From the NCBI GenBank assembly GCA_021790275.1, contig JAJYIB010000001.1, positions 1 to 51,344 on the forward strand: a stretch of DNA of 51,344 nt, in the 5' to 3' direction. Position 1 is the stretch's first letter. Every line of letters begins with the position of its first letter. Made by a program: the position numbers and the translations under genes. The notes below the pieces were generated by a model. The model did not search any database and was not told the origin of the DNA. It saw only the letters and a program-made list of their open reading frames with translations. Source of the stretch: a bacterium (lineage in GTDB: Bacteria > Patescibacteriota > Minisyncoccia > UBA10092). Shown one piece after another: positions 42,441-51,344 of this stretch.

Positions 42441-43751
42441 CTAATTTTTCAACTTTTCCAGTTCTTCGCGGACGACGATTCTGTCGTCCCAACGGATATG
42501 TTTTTCGCCGACGATCATCGACTGCTGGGCGCCCATCCCCGTTACCAATATTATATCATTTCGGCCGGCAAACGAAATCGCTTCGGCTATCGCTTTTCGC
42601 CTGTCTTCTATTATATATAGATTTTCGCCGCGCACTTTTCCGAATCGCTCCGCCGCCGCCGCGATTTCTTCGCAGATCTTTTTAGGATCTTCTTCATAAG
42701 GATCCGTCGCCGTTATAACGACGATATCGGCTTTTTTTGCCGCGATTTCGCCCAAATCGCTTCTTTTGATTTTGTCGCGGCCTCCGCCTTCCGATCCGAT
42801 AACGGCAATCACTCTCGCTCCCGTTTCCGCGATTTCCCGCGCCGCGTCCAAAGCCGCCGACATACTCGCTCTTTCGTGCGCATAATCGACAAAAACGTAA
42901 AAATTCTGGCCGGCGTCTATTTTTTCCATCCTGCCCGGAATGGTTTTTAATTTTTCAAGACCCGATTTGATTTTATCGTAAGGCAATCCCGCGAGCGATC
43001 CGACAATTATCGCCGGCAAAGCGTTGTAAACATTAAAGCGCCCCAAAACATTTAAATCGTATTTTTCCGGACCGATAAAAAATTCCAGATCGCCGGCGGT
43101 ATTTTTGACATCGCGCGCCGCAAAATCCCCTCCGATTAATCCGTAAGTGATTTTTTTATCCGCCGGAAAATCGAGAAAATAATTTTTGTGCGGGCTGTCG
43201 AAATTCGCGATAATCGTTTTTTCGATTTTTTTGCCACCGATTGTTTTTTGCCCGCCGCGCGCAAGGGATGAAAATAATTTTCCTTTCGATTTTTTATAAT
43301 TTTCAAATCCGCCATGGGATTCGAGATGCTCCGGCGTCAAATTCGTAAAAATCGCGATGTCGTAAAAAATCCCGAAATGCCGCCACTGCGCCAGCCCCTG
43401 CGACGTCGTTTCGATAACGCAGTATTCACAGCCGGCGTCGGCCATTTTTTTCAGATACTTTTGCAAAACGAATCGCCCCGGCATCGTCATATGGTATTTA
43501 TTCGGAATTTCGACATCGCCGATTCTGATTTGGGCCGTGCCGATAATACCGGCTTTTATGCCGTTGGAATTTAAAACCGACCAAATGAAATTCGCCGCCG
43601 AAGTTTTGCCTTTGGTGCCGGTAATGCCTACGGTTATCATTTTTTTGGTCGGCCAGCGATAAAAAACGCCCGCCAAAAACGCCAGAAAAAGATGATAAAA
43701 AGAAATCAGCCGCGCGGGAATTATTTTTTTTATTTTCGATTTCAGCCCCAT
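42441..43751 (-). CDS. murE: Mur ligase, MurE-like
   Basis: VGITGTKGKTS P-loop, VDYAHE, and Mur ligase middle and C-terminal domains. Confidence 0.78.
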   Translation of the reverse strand: MGLKSKIKKIIPARLISFYHLFLAFLAGVFYRWPTKKMITVGITGTKGKTSAANFIWSVLNSNGIKAGIIGTAQIRIGDVEIPNKYHMTMPGRFVLQKYLKKMADAGCEYCVIETTSQGLAQWRHFGIFYDIAIFTNLTPEHLESHGGFENYKKSKGKLFSSLARGGQKTIGGKKIEKTIIANFDSPHKNYFLDFPADKKITYGLIGGDFAARDVKNTAGDLEFFIGPEKYDLNVLGRFNVYNALPAIIVGSLAGLPYDKIKSGLEKLKTIPGRMEKIDAGQNFYVFVDYAHERASMSAALDAAREIAETGARVIAVIGSEGGGRDKIKRSDLGEIAAKKADIVVITATDPYEEDPKKICEEIAAAAERFGKVRGENLYIIEDRRKAIAEAISFAGRNDIILVTGMGAQQSMIVGEKHIRWDDRIVVREELEKLKN

Positions 43752-44776
43752 CTTTTTCTTAAATTATAAAGCCCGTGCCAAAACGGCCGCAAAATCAAAT
43801 CATAGGAATCGGCGTATTCCGACAGCCGGCCGCCGAATCCTTTTTTAAATCTCGTAACGCCTTCGAGCGATCGCCTTTCGCCGCCGGCGTCAATGCCGCC
43901 GAAATTGTAAATTGTACAGCCGCGGCGGACGGCCTCGGTTATCCCCCGCCACTGCGCCAGATGCGGCGCCATCAGATTTTTCATCATATCGGACGACCCG
44001 CCAAACAAAAAATATGCCGTTTCGCCGAACATAAGAATCAGATTCATCGCGAGAACTTGCCCGCCGCTTTGCGCCGAAACCAAAAAGGCGTTTTTGTTTT
44101 TTTCGCAGTTTTTTAAAACAATGCGGTAATAATTTTTCGGATGAAGCGAAAAATTATTTCTAAACGACGTTCTTGCTAGCAAATCGTAAAAAATATCCAA
44201 ATGCTGTTCGAAATTCGAATCGAAAATTTTTATTTCGACGCCTTTTTTTTCGGCCAGCCGGATATTGTAGCGCGTTTTGGCGTCCATATCGGCCAGCAAT
44301 TCGCTTTCGGGCTTTGCGATATCGAGAACCCATTCGTATTTCGGCTGGAAATAGGCCGCGCGCCGAGCGCGCGGCGGAATGATTTCAAAATATGCCGGCA
44401 AATCGCCGCTCGGCGAATCCGGAGAAAAAATATCGAACCTCGCAAAAGCCGCATTTTCCCGCTTTCCCGTTTCCGCCAGTTTTTGTCGAAACGCTTTTAA
44501 AAAATAATCCCGCACGTCGTTATTGATTTTTCCGACGACCGGCCCGTGCGGAATGTATAAAAAATTTTGAAAAAACGCCAGCGGATATTCTATAACCTGG
44601 AAAAATCCAATCGTTTCGGAATTTTTTTTAACCGCAAACCTGAATACCGCGCGATGCATCGCTTCCTGCCACTCGCCGTAAAACCAGGCCTGCGTAAAAG
44701 GCGCGCGAGCCGAAACATCGAGCGGCCGGTATTCTTCCGCATTTTTAATTGCCTTTATCTCGAACATTGCGCCCAT
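43742..44776 (-). CDS. FemAB-family peptidoglycan interpeptide-bridge aminoacyltransferase
   Basis: Length and sequence resemble FemX/FemAB (GNAT-like duplicated fold), and it sits next to murE. The start is uncertain (44776 or 44767). Confidence 0.6.
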   Translation of the reverse strand: MGAMFEIKAIKNAEEYRPLDVSARAPFTQAWFYGEWQEAMHRAVFRFAVKKNSETIGFFQVIEYPLAFFQNFLYIPHGPVVGKINNDVRDYFLKAFRQKLAETGKRENAAFARFDIFSPDSPSGDLPAYFEIIPPRARRAAYFQPKYEWVLDIAKPESELLADMDAKTRYNIRLAEKKGVEIKIFDSNFEQHLDIFYDLLARTSFRNNFSLHPKNYYRIVLKNCEKNKNAFLVSAQSGGQVLAMNLILMFGETAYFLFGGSSDMMKNLMAPHLAQWRGITEAVRRGCTIYNFGGIDAGGERRSLEGVTRFKKGFGGRLSEYADSYDLILRPFWHGLYNLRKRWG

Positions 44777-44795
44777 TTTAGCCGTTTTCCGGCTC

Positions 44796-44837
44796 AAAAT
44801 CAAAATCCCTCTGCTTGCGCAAAGGGATTTTGATTTT
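44796..44837 (-). terminator. 15-bp perfect hairpin after the RRM gene
   Basis: AAAATCAAAATCCCT ... AGGGATTTTGATTTT. Confidence 0.55.
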
Positions 44838-44842
44838 CAGAA

Positions 44843-45121
44843 TTAGTAGCGATTTTCCCGTCTCGGCCTTTCTTCGAGCGGCCGCGCTTCGTTTACCGTA
44901 AGCGCGCGTCCACCAAAATCCTTGCCGTTGAACATTTCGATCGCTTTCTGAGCTTCTTCGTCATTAGACATTTCCACAAAACCGAATCCTTTCGACCGGC
45001 CGGTCATCCTGTCTTTGATGACAACCGCCGAGTCAACGTTTCCGGCTGCGGAAAAAGTGTCTTTCAAGGCATCGTCCGTATTGTCATACGGCAGATTGCC
45101 GACATATAACTTTTTTGCCAT
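44843..45121 (-). CDS. RRM-type RNA-binding protein
   Basis: RNP2 (LYVGNL) and RNP1 (KGFGFVEM) motifs. Confidence 0.88.
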   Translation of the reverse strand: MAKKLYVGNLPYDNTDDALKDTFSAAGNVDSAVVIKDRMTGRSKGFGFVEMSNDEEAQKAIEMFNGKDFGGRALTVNEARPLEERPRRENRY

Positions 45122-45377
45122 TGTTGTTTTAAATTTTTATTAGCGTAAGACGACCTCTCTACTAAGCTTTTGCCTCACGCCAATAAAGCGAAGGAATCGA
45201 CTTATTTGAGAAACTTACTTTGCACAGTATATACCCGCCCGCCGAAAAAGTCAAATCGCCATATCCGGTTTGAAAAATTGCAAAAGCCGGCCGGTTTTGA
45301 TAATCTGATTCCTGTTAATACAGGGAATCTTAAATGTTTTTTGAAAAATTCAAAAAGAAAAAAGAAAGGAGGATAGT

Positions 45378-45944
45378 GTGAAAAGATTGAAAAGGTATGT
45401 GCTTACGGGAATCATTTTTTTCGTCTTTGCCGGTTTGGCGGCTTATGCCGCCTCCGTCGTTTATAATGTAGTAAGACCTTTAAGAATCGTGTCGGAATGG
45501 ATCTTCGGCTATTATATGCCCGGATCGGAAATACTGACGGCGATTTTGCTGATCATCGCCGCCGGAGCGGCGATTCCCGCCATTACCCGTTCCAAACTGC
45601 GCGGCATCGCGGGGTTTAGCCACCTGCATTCCATCAAACAGATGGCGGAGCATCTCCAATCGCAGGGAAAAGACGTGGTGGTGTTGGTGCCCGCCGCTTT
45701 CTGTAAGGGCTATATGATCGGTTTTACTGCGAGAAGCTGTCCGGCGAAGTTCAAAAATTCCGCCGGAAACGAAAATGTGATAATGGTATCTATTCCGCAA
45801 TTTCCTCCATTAAGCTGGACAATCGTTTTGGTTTCGGAAGAAGAAATCATCGAAACCGGAATGACGATTCAGGAAGCGATGGCATCCCTGTTTACTATGG
45901 GAATGATGCCGGAGCTTCCGGCGGCAAAGCCGCCGGCAAAATAA
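45378..45944 (+). CDS. membrane protein, hypothetical
   Basis: GTG start preceded by AAGGAGGA. Two N-terminal TM helices. Confidence 0.45.
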   Translation: MKRLKRYVLTGIIFFVFAGLAAYAASVVYNVVRPLRIVSEWIFGYYMPGSEILTAILLIIAAGAAIPAITRSKLRGIAGFSHLHSIKQMAEHLQSQGKDVVVLVPAAFCKGYMIGFTARSCPAKFKNSAGNENVIMVSIPQFPPLSWTIVLVSEEEIIETGMTIQEAMASLFTMGMMPELPAAKPPAK

Positions 45945-46030
45945 AAACGGCATTTAAATGCTAAAAGCCCCCGTTGACGAACGAGGGCTTTATTTTCTAG
46001 AAAACGGAAAACAAAATTTTTCTTGATCAA

Positions 46031-46357
46031 TCATTTTAAAAGCGGCAAACTGTTTCCCGCCCAAGCAATGGTTCCGCCGGACAAATCGAAAACATCCGGA
46101 AATCCTATGGCGGTCATAAATTCAGCCGCAGCGCGGCTTCTGCTCCCGGTGCGGCAATAAATCGCATAAATTTTATTTTTGCCGAGCCGCCGGATCTCAT
46201 TTTCGAATCCGGCGGAATAAATATCGATATTAACAGCGCCTGCGATATGCCCCACCTCGAATTCTTGCGGCGTTCTGACATCGATAATCGAAAAATCGGG
46301 ATCGCCCCGCCGGCTTTCCATCAATTCTTTTAATTTCACTGAATTTATTTCTAACAT
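46031..46357 (-). CDS. rhodanese-domain sulfurtransferase
   Basis: Active-site loop CRTGSRS. The start was moved to the internal ATG. Confidence 0.8.
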   Translation of the reverse strand: MLEINSVKLKELMESRRGDPDFSIIDVRTPQEFEVGHIAGAVNIDIYSAGFENEIRRLGKNKIYAIYCRTGSRSRAAAEFMTAIGFPDVFDLSGGTIAWAGNSLPLLK

Positions 46358-46410
46358 ATATTTGCGCGACAATAATCCCCGCGTCCTCACATCGCATTAT
46401 AACAAAATAT

Positions 46411-46740
46411 TCAATACGCGAAAAAGAAAACGGCGGTTAAAACAAGGTTGAACAGCATGCAATTATAATTCAGAATATCCGAAAAAAACAAGTATTGATT
46501 CAGTAAAGCCGTCAAAAATACGAGAAAATACATAACGAACAACAGCCGCCGGAAAAATCTCGCTTCGAATTTGGCGGCGGCGAAGATCATAAGAATTGCG
46601 ACAGTCACCCATCCGGCGTGAACAAAAGAATGCCAGTTCACAATAGTCGCGCCGCCAAGAACAATCGATTTCAGCAAATCAAAAGCCGCGACCAGAAAAA
46701 ATAACTTCCCGAAAATTTCCAACCGTTTTTTCATCGCCAT
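46411..46740 (-). CDS. membrane protein, hypothetical
   Basis: 109 aa with 3-4 TM helices. Confidence 0.4.
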   Translation of the reverse strand: MAMKKRLEIFGKLFFLVAAFDLLKSIVLGGATIVNWHSFVHAGWVTVAILMIFAAAKFEARFFRRLLFVMYFLVFLTALLNQYLFFSDILNYNCMLFNLVLTAVFFFAY

Positions 46741-46760
46741 TCCTGAAAATTAATGGTTTC

Positions 46761-47321
46761 TCAATTTTTATCTTTTTTTAAAAGCTCCGGATATTTATCG
46801 ATGATTTTTTCAACCTTCGGTTTTATAATGGATTCGGAGTACGCCTCGTTGGGATGTTTTGCATAAAATTCTTTGTGGTATTCCTCGGCCGGATAAAATG
46901 TTTTAAGCGAAACAAGCTCGGTAATAATCGGTTTTGAATATTTTTTTAAATTGACGATTTTTTTAATATAATTTTCCGCCTCCTCACGCTGTTTGGCAGA
47001 AACGTATAGTATGATTGAACGATATTGAGTGCCAACATCGTTTCCCTGACGATTTATCGCAGTCGGGTCGTGGCTTTCAAAAAACACTTCAAGCAACTTT
47101 TCAAAAGAAACTACTTGCGGGTCATACTCAACTAATATCACCTCGGCATACCCTGTCTTGCCCGATGAAACTTGTTCATATGTCGGATTAATAGTTTCTC
47201 CGCCGGCATAGCCGGGTGTTACGGTAATTACTCCTTTTAATATTAAAAACACCGCCTCGGTGCACCAAAAACAACCTCCGCCAAAAGCAACCGACTCTAT
47301 TATTTTCTTTTGGTTATCCAT
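46761..47321 (-). CDS. msrA: peptide methionine (S)-S-oxide reductase
   Basis: GGGCFWC active site motif. Confidence 0.9.
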   Translation of the reverse strand: MDNQKKIIESVAFGGGCFWCTEAVFLILKGVITVTPGYAGGETINPTYEQVSSGKTGYAEVILVEYDPQVVSFEKLLEVFFESHDPTAINRQGNDVGTQYRSIILYVSAKQREEAENYIKKIVNLKKYSKPIITELVSLKTFYPAEEYHKEFYAKHPNEAYSESIIKPKVEKIIDKYPELLKKDKN

Positions 47322-47330
47322 ATCGAATAT

Positions 47331-47729
47331 TTATTTATCCGGTTTGAATTTTAGTGAAACCGAATTAATGCAATACCTTTTACCCGTCGGCGGCGAGCCG
47401 TCATCAAAAACATGACCCAAATGGGACTCGCATCTGGCGCAAATAACTTCGACGCGATGCATTCCAAAAGAATCATCGAATCTTTCCTCAATATTTTTCG
47501 GATCTATCGGTTCATAATAGCTTGGCCAGCCGGTGCCGGATTCAAACTTTGCTTCCGAACGGAATAACGGCAAATCGCAAGCGGCACAATGATATATCCC
47601 GCCAACTTTTAATTTTTCCACAATACAACTAAAAGCCGGCTCGGTTTCTTTTTGTCTCATAACTCGATACTGTTCCGGCGTCAGAATTTTTTTCCACTCT
47701 TCTTCTGTTTTGCGTATTTTTTCCATCAT
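47331..47729 (-). CDS. msrB: peptide methionine (R)-S-oxide reductase
   Basis: Two CxxC pairs and RYCINS. Confidence 0.9.
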   Translation of the reverse strand: MMEKIRKTEEEWKKILTPEQYRVMRQKETEPAFSCIVEKLKVGGIYHCAACDLPLFRSEAKFESGTGWPSYYEPIDPKNIEERFDDSFGMHRVEVICARCESHLGHVFDDGSPPTGKRYCINSVSLKFKPDK

Positions 47730-47801
47730 TGGCGGGACACTCGGGTTAGGTGCCCCAAATATACAAGAATTATAGGGCTTTTAGGCGATTTTACAAAAAC
47801 T

Positions 47802-48443
47802 CTATTTGAGGCACATTGGTCGGCTAACCATTGTTCGCAAATCTTCAAAATACACAGCTATAATTTCAAGGTTAGGGGAAAACTGTTTTTCCTCGGATAT
47901 AAGTTTTTTTAACAATTGTGCGATTTCTTTTTTCCTATCATCCCACCCTATGCCAAAATCTGAATCCCAAATTAGATAGACTATTCCGTGATTTTTTAAT
48001 TGTTCCTTGGCCTTATCAATTCTTTGTTTGAATTTTTTTCTTATTCTAGACTCATATTCAGTATCTTCTGGTGGACTATTACCAAATGAATTAAGCCTTA
48101 ATGTTTTTATTCGCTCGATTTCATTAGGACTAGCATTGATTGTTTTTATCTCAATTTGGATTCTATTATCAATAAGATCAAATGATTTGTCAGTAGTTTC
48201 ATTTTGAAATAGACCCATTGGATGGAATGCACATGCTACCATAAGTTCATGAATATGATCGTTTATTGAAAGATGGTTTAATTTTTTTGAAAATTTTTCT
48301 TTCAAAATTTTTTTCTGTTTGTCATCTTTAAAAGCAACAAATAAATTTAAATTTTCTAGATATTGTTCAAAATGCCACTTTTTATTACAAAAATAATCGT
48401 CAAGATATTTCTTTAATCCTATGTTAATCAGAGATTGGTACAC
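47802..48443 (-). CDS. hypothetical protein, possible PD-(D/E)xK nuclease
   Basis: FDLIDNRIQIEIKT fits a D...ExK pattern. AT-rich. Confidence 0.3.
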   Translation of the reverse strand: MYQSLINIGLKKYLDDYFCNKKWHFEQYLENLNLFVAFKDDKQKKILKEKFSKKLNHLSINDHIHELMVACAFHPMGLFQNETTDKSFDLIDNRIQIEIKTINASPNEIERIKTLRLNSFGNSPPEDTEYESRIRKKFKQRIDKAKEQLKNHGIVYLIWDSDFGIGWDDRKKEIAQLLKKLISEEKQFSPNLEIIAVYFEDLRTMVSRPMCLK

Positions 48444-48480
48444 GTTAATGTTTTCGATTCATATATGGCGCTCAGTCGTG

Positions 48481-48585
48481 CGGTGTCTGTTTGAAAATAT
48501 CCGAACGGAACTGGCTGGGCTCGGCGGGCGGAATTCCCCTCACACCCCCCTTCCGCCCGTCTCGCCTTGAACCGGAGCGGAAAGG
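48481..48585. repeat. 105-bp inverted repeat, left copy
   Basis: Reverse complement of 49897-50001 with a single mismatch (48540 T versus C). GC-rich, with an internal stem GCGGGCGGAA/TTCCGCCCG. Confidence 0.9.
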
Positions 48586-48610
48586 ACGATTTCAAGTTTT
48601 TCTTTGGCGG

Positions 48611-49549
48611 CTATTCAATATGCCTATTGCTTTTACCAAGATTACACTCTTTACACTTTGTTTCCAAGTTTTCCATTGTAGTTTTCCCTTGTTTGGAAAA
48701 AGGCTGTTTGTGATCTATATGTAATTCTACGCCCGGATTTGTTGCGGGGCTTCTTCCACATCTTACACATCTAAAATTATCTCTGCTTAGAACCTTATAC
48801 CTTAAACTCAAATTAATACTTCGGATTTCTCCGCTCTTGATATTATTATTTATTGTTTTTTCTCTTTTCGCTTCGTTTTTTTCTTGAATAATGGGCTTGT
48901 TTTCAATAACTTTCTCATTACTATCTTCTTGATTCATTTTTTCAACAAAAGCCTCTAACGCCTTTCGCCATGAGCCAAAACGATATTCGTATGTGCCCGG
49001 GCTAATTGTTGAAGGAGCTTTTTCCATTTCGCTGTAAAATGGTTGTCGCCCATGATGCGTCCATACATTAAGGATGTTCTCAAATAATTCGTCCTCTGAA
49101 AATTTTATTCTATATTGAGTTGATTTTTTCAGTCCGGCTTTTTCCAAACCCTTAAGCCAAGTGCCAAAACGATACACAACTGCGGAAGCCGCCATAATTT
49201 CTGAATTATTATTTACATCTTCCTGAGTTATATAATCTCGATTCAATTCTTTTGCTATTCTCTTTAGTTCGTTTAAAATCTCGTCATCTGTGAGATTTTT
49301 TGCTTGCTGACTCCTCATTTTATCTGAAATTTTTACGCCAGAATATTTTTCTCCAATTCCAGCTTTATCTAATACCTGCTGCCAGCCACCAAAACGGCGG
49401 CGAATAGTGCTTGAATGAATCTTGCTATGTAGATCAAAATCCGTAGTTGTCAAAAACTTTTTCCCAACAACTGAAGCAACGCGCCTGATTTCGGCGATTA
49501 TCTCTGCGTCGGAAGAATCTCTTGGTAATGTATTAAGCTCAAATTTCAT
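48611..49549 (-). CDS. HNH endonuclease with three N-terminal homing-endonuclease-associated repeats
   Basis: Repeats RRFGGWQQVLDKAGI, YRFGTWLKGLEKAGL and YRFGSWRKALEAFV. C-terminal HNH (CVRCG...HIDHKQP...N..CKECN). Confidence 0.75.
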   Translation of the reverse strand: MKFELNTLPRDSSDAEIIAEIRRVASVVGKKFLTTTDFDLHSKIHSSTIRRRFGGWQQVLDKAGIGEKYSGVKISDKMRSQQAKNLTDDEILNELKRIAKELNRDYITQEDVNNNSEIMAASAVVYRFGTWLKGLEKAGLKKSTQYRIKFSEDELFENILNVWTHHGRQPFYSEMEKAPSTISPGTYEYRFGSWRKALEAFVEKMNQEDSNEKVIENKPIIQEKNEAKREKTINNNIKSGEIRSINLSLRYKVLSRDNFRCVRCGRSPATNPGVELHIDHKQPFSKQGKTTMENLETKCKECNLGKSNRHIE

Positions 49550-49551
49550 AA

Positions 49552-49758
49552 TTATTTCAATAAATCCTCAACAGAAACGCTGAGCACTTTAGCGATTTTT
49601 GCAACCATTTGAACACCCGGCTTTTTTACAAAATCGCCCTCAATCTTGGCGAGAGTGGAGTATTTGAGCTCGGCTTTCCGTGCCAAGTCGTCTTGGCTCA
49701 ATCCTTGCTTTGTTCTTAACCTTTTTATGTTTTCACCAATAGTTGCCATAGTATCCAA
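49552..49758 (-). CDS. XRE-family helix-turn-helix regulator
   Basis: IKRLRTKQGLSQDDLARKAELKYSTLAKIE. Confidence 0.8.
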   Translation of the reverse strand: MDTMATIGENIKRLRTKQGLSQDDLARKAELKYSTLAKIEGDFVKKPGVQMVAKIAKVLSVSVEDLLK

Positions 49759-49767
49759 TTTTTGATA

Positions 49768-49786
49768 GTATAAAAATATGTTATAC
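49768..49786. promoter_or_regulatory. palindrome GTATAA-N7-TTATAC upstream of the XRE gene (candidate operator)
   Basis: Perfect 6-bp half-sites 10 nt upstream of the XRE start codon. Confidence 0.3.
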
Positions 49787-49896
49787 TTTTATTGTAAGAT
49801 TATGATAACAAATTTTTTGATTTCTAACAAGAAAAGCCTGCTTCTAGCCTTCATAAAGTTCGAGCCGACATTTTTGACAGGTTCTTTGGCAGTTTG

Positions 49897-50001
49897 CCTT
49901 TCCGCTCCGGTTCAAGGCGAGACGGGCGGAAGGGGGGTGTGGGGGGAATTCCGCCCGCCGAGCCCAGCCAGTTCCGTTCGGATATTTTCAAACAGACACC
50001 G
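49897..50001. repeat. 105-bp inverted repeat, right copy
   Basis: See 48481-48585. Ends 118 nt before the recombinase ATG. Confidence 0.9.
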
Positions 50002-50119
50002 TCAGTTAGGAAATGAAGTCATTGGCTCGCCCGCTACGCGGGCTCGCCAGCCGTTTTTCGGGGAAATTTCAAGCCGTTTTGAATTCAGTAGGGCCAGAAG
50101 CGGGCTTTTCTAAAATCCT

Positions 50120-51344
50120 ATGAAATACTTTATCTACACAAGGAAATCTACCGAGAGCGAAGAAAGACAAGTAATGTCTCTTGAATCTCAAATTTCTGAA
50201 TTGAAAGAATTTGCCGCCAAAGAAAAACTTGAAATCGTCGCCTCGCTCAGCGAGGCGCAAACTGCCAAAGAACCTGGACGAAAGATTTTCGCCGAAATGC
50301 TTGATCGGATTTGCGCCGGAGAAGCCGGAGGAATTTTGGCTTGGCATCCCGACAGATTGGCTCGCAACTCCATAGACGGCGGAAAGATTATTTATCTCTT
50401 GGACACAGGAAAAATCCAAGACCTTAAATTTCCCACATTTTGGTTTGATTCGACACCACAGGGGAAATTTATGCTGAACATTGCCTTTGGTCAGAGTAAA
50501 TACTATGTGGACAATTTGAGCGAGAATATCAAGCGAGGCCACCGCCAAAAACTGCGGAAAGGAATATGGCCGGGGTTTGCGCCGCTTGGCTATCTCAACA
50601 ACTCTAAAACAAAGAGCATAGACCTTGATAAGGAAAAATCGGTGTTAGTGAAAAAATGTTTTGAACTCTATGCTACCGGCGACAACACGCTCAAAAATAT
50701 TAAGCAGTTTTTGGCGGATACCGGACTCGACAGCTACAAAGGCAATGTTCTTTCCACTTCCTGTGTCCAGCGAATGTTGAAGAATCCCTTTTACTATGGA
50801 ACTTTCCGCTTCAACGGCGAGCTCTACGAAGGAAGCCACGAGCCAATTATTTCCAAGAAACTTTTTGATGACGTTCAACAAGTGATGAACAATCGGGGCA
50901 AGAAAAAGCGGAAGCGAAAACACGAGTTTGCTTTTTCAGGATTTATGAAATGCGGGAAGTGTGGTTGCCTTATCACCGCCGAAACCCAAAAGGGACATAT
51001 CTATTATCGTTGCACCAAGAAAAAGCAAACCTGTAATGAAAAGTATCTGCGAGAGGAAGCACTTGTTGAACAAATGAAATCCGTCATTCAAAAAGTTTCT
51101 ATTCCCGACGACTGGGCGGATAATATGCTCGCCGAGCTAGACCGCGAGAAAGCGAATATCCAAAACGAGGGCGTTTCTTTTGTTCAAAATCTGAAAAACC
51201 GAAAGGTGGAAGTTGAGCAGAAAATAGATCGGCTTCTTGATATTTACATCGAGGGCAAAGGAATATCGCCTGACGAATATCAGGCCAAGAAAGCGAAACT
51301 ATTGGGCGAGAAAGCCGATATTGAGCAAGAAATCAGAGATTTTG
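50120..51344 (+). CDS. large serine recombinase (partial; continues beyond the window)
   Basis: Not in the ORF track because no stop is reached. N-terminal resolvase motif YTRKSTESEERQ, a recombinase domain, a zinc ribbon (CGKCGC...YYRC) and a coiled-coil tail. Confidence 0.85.
   Translation, partial: MKYFIYTRKSTESEERQVMSLESQISELKEFAAKEKLEIVASLSEAQTAKEPGRKIFAEMLDRICAGEAGGILAWHPDRLARNSIDGGKIIYLLDTGKIQDLKFPTFWFDSTPQGKFMLNIAFGQSKYYVDNLSENIKRGHRQKLRKGIWPGFAPLGYLNNSKTKSIDLDKEKSVLVKKCFELYATGDNTLKNIKQFLADTGLDSYKGNVLSTSCVQRMLKNPFYYGTFRFNGELYEGSHEPIISKKLFDDVQQVMNNRGKKKRKRKHEFAFSGFMKCGKCGCLITAETQKGHIYYRCTKKKQTCNEKYLREEALVEQMKSVIQKVSIPDDWADNMLAELDREKANIQNEGVSFVQNLKNRKVEVEQKIDRLLDIYIEGKGISPDEYQAKKAKLLGEKADIEQEIRDF

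Larger units (their letters stand above)
47730..51344. mobile_element. partial integrated mobile element that runs off the window
   Basis: Abrupt shift to AT-rich sequence after msrB. Cargo is a nuclease-like ORF, an HNH protein, an XRE regulator and a large serine recombinase. Confidence 0.55.

Noticed and set aside
48491-50113. ORFs 48491-48724 (+) and 49778-50113 (+).
   Set aside because: Both are driven by the GC-rich 105-bp inverted repeats, giving mirror-image G/P/R-rich translations. They are repeat sequence, not genes.
1-51344. CRISPR arrays and rRNA genes.
   Set aside because: I saw no regularly spaced direct repeats of 25-40 nt and no rRNA-like conserved stretches. The short AT-rich tandem motifs are promoter-like sequences.

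Overview
The window looks like chromosomal DNA from a small-genome bacterium, probably CPR/Patescibacteria-like. That placement is inference from gene content: short EF-Ts, a domain-1-less RF1, split transketolase, FemAB plus a dcw cluster, and almost no Shine-Dalgarno sequences. The backbone carries translation and replication genes (cysS, dnaB, recR; ribosomal proteins L21, L7/L12, L10, L33, S2, L31, L25; tsf; an RF1-like factor; trmD). It also carries seven tRNAs, a cell-wall/division set (mraZ-rsmH-ftsL-ftsI, ddl, murF, murE, FemAB, uppS) and a sugar-phosphate block (fba, pfkB kinase, split tkt, rpe). The main discovery is an island at about 9.0-17.1 kb, bounded by a 5'-truncated radical-SAM/SPASM gene and tRNA-Glu. 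It holds a complete diversity-generating retroelement (RT, Avd, one TR, two VRs), and every TR/VR mismatch falls on a TR adenine. The two diversified paralogs are interleaved with a vWA/HExxH protein and a MoxR-type AAA+ ATPase, and all four appear cytosolic. The DGR layout is unusual: TR and RT are inverted relative to the VRs and avd, and the RT and avd start codons abut head to head. Other accessory items are a TdeIII-like R-M pair and a 3-gene islet with strong SD sites between tRNAs, encoding a minimal amino-acid-kinase-fold protein. A partial mobile element at the right edge has a large serine recombinase next to an HNH-XRE cassette bracketed by 105-bp inverted repeats. There is also a presenilin-type intramembrane protease homolog, and several promoter/terminator-delimited candidate structured RNAs. 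No rRNA genes or CRISPR arrays were seen.
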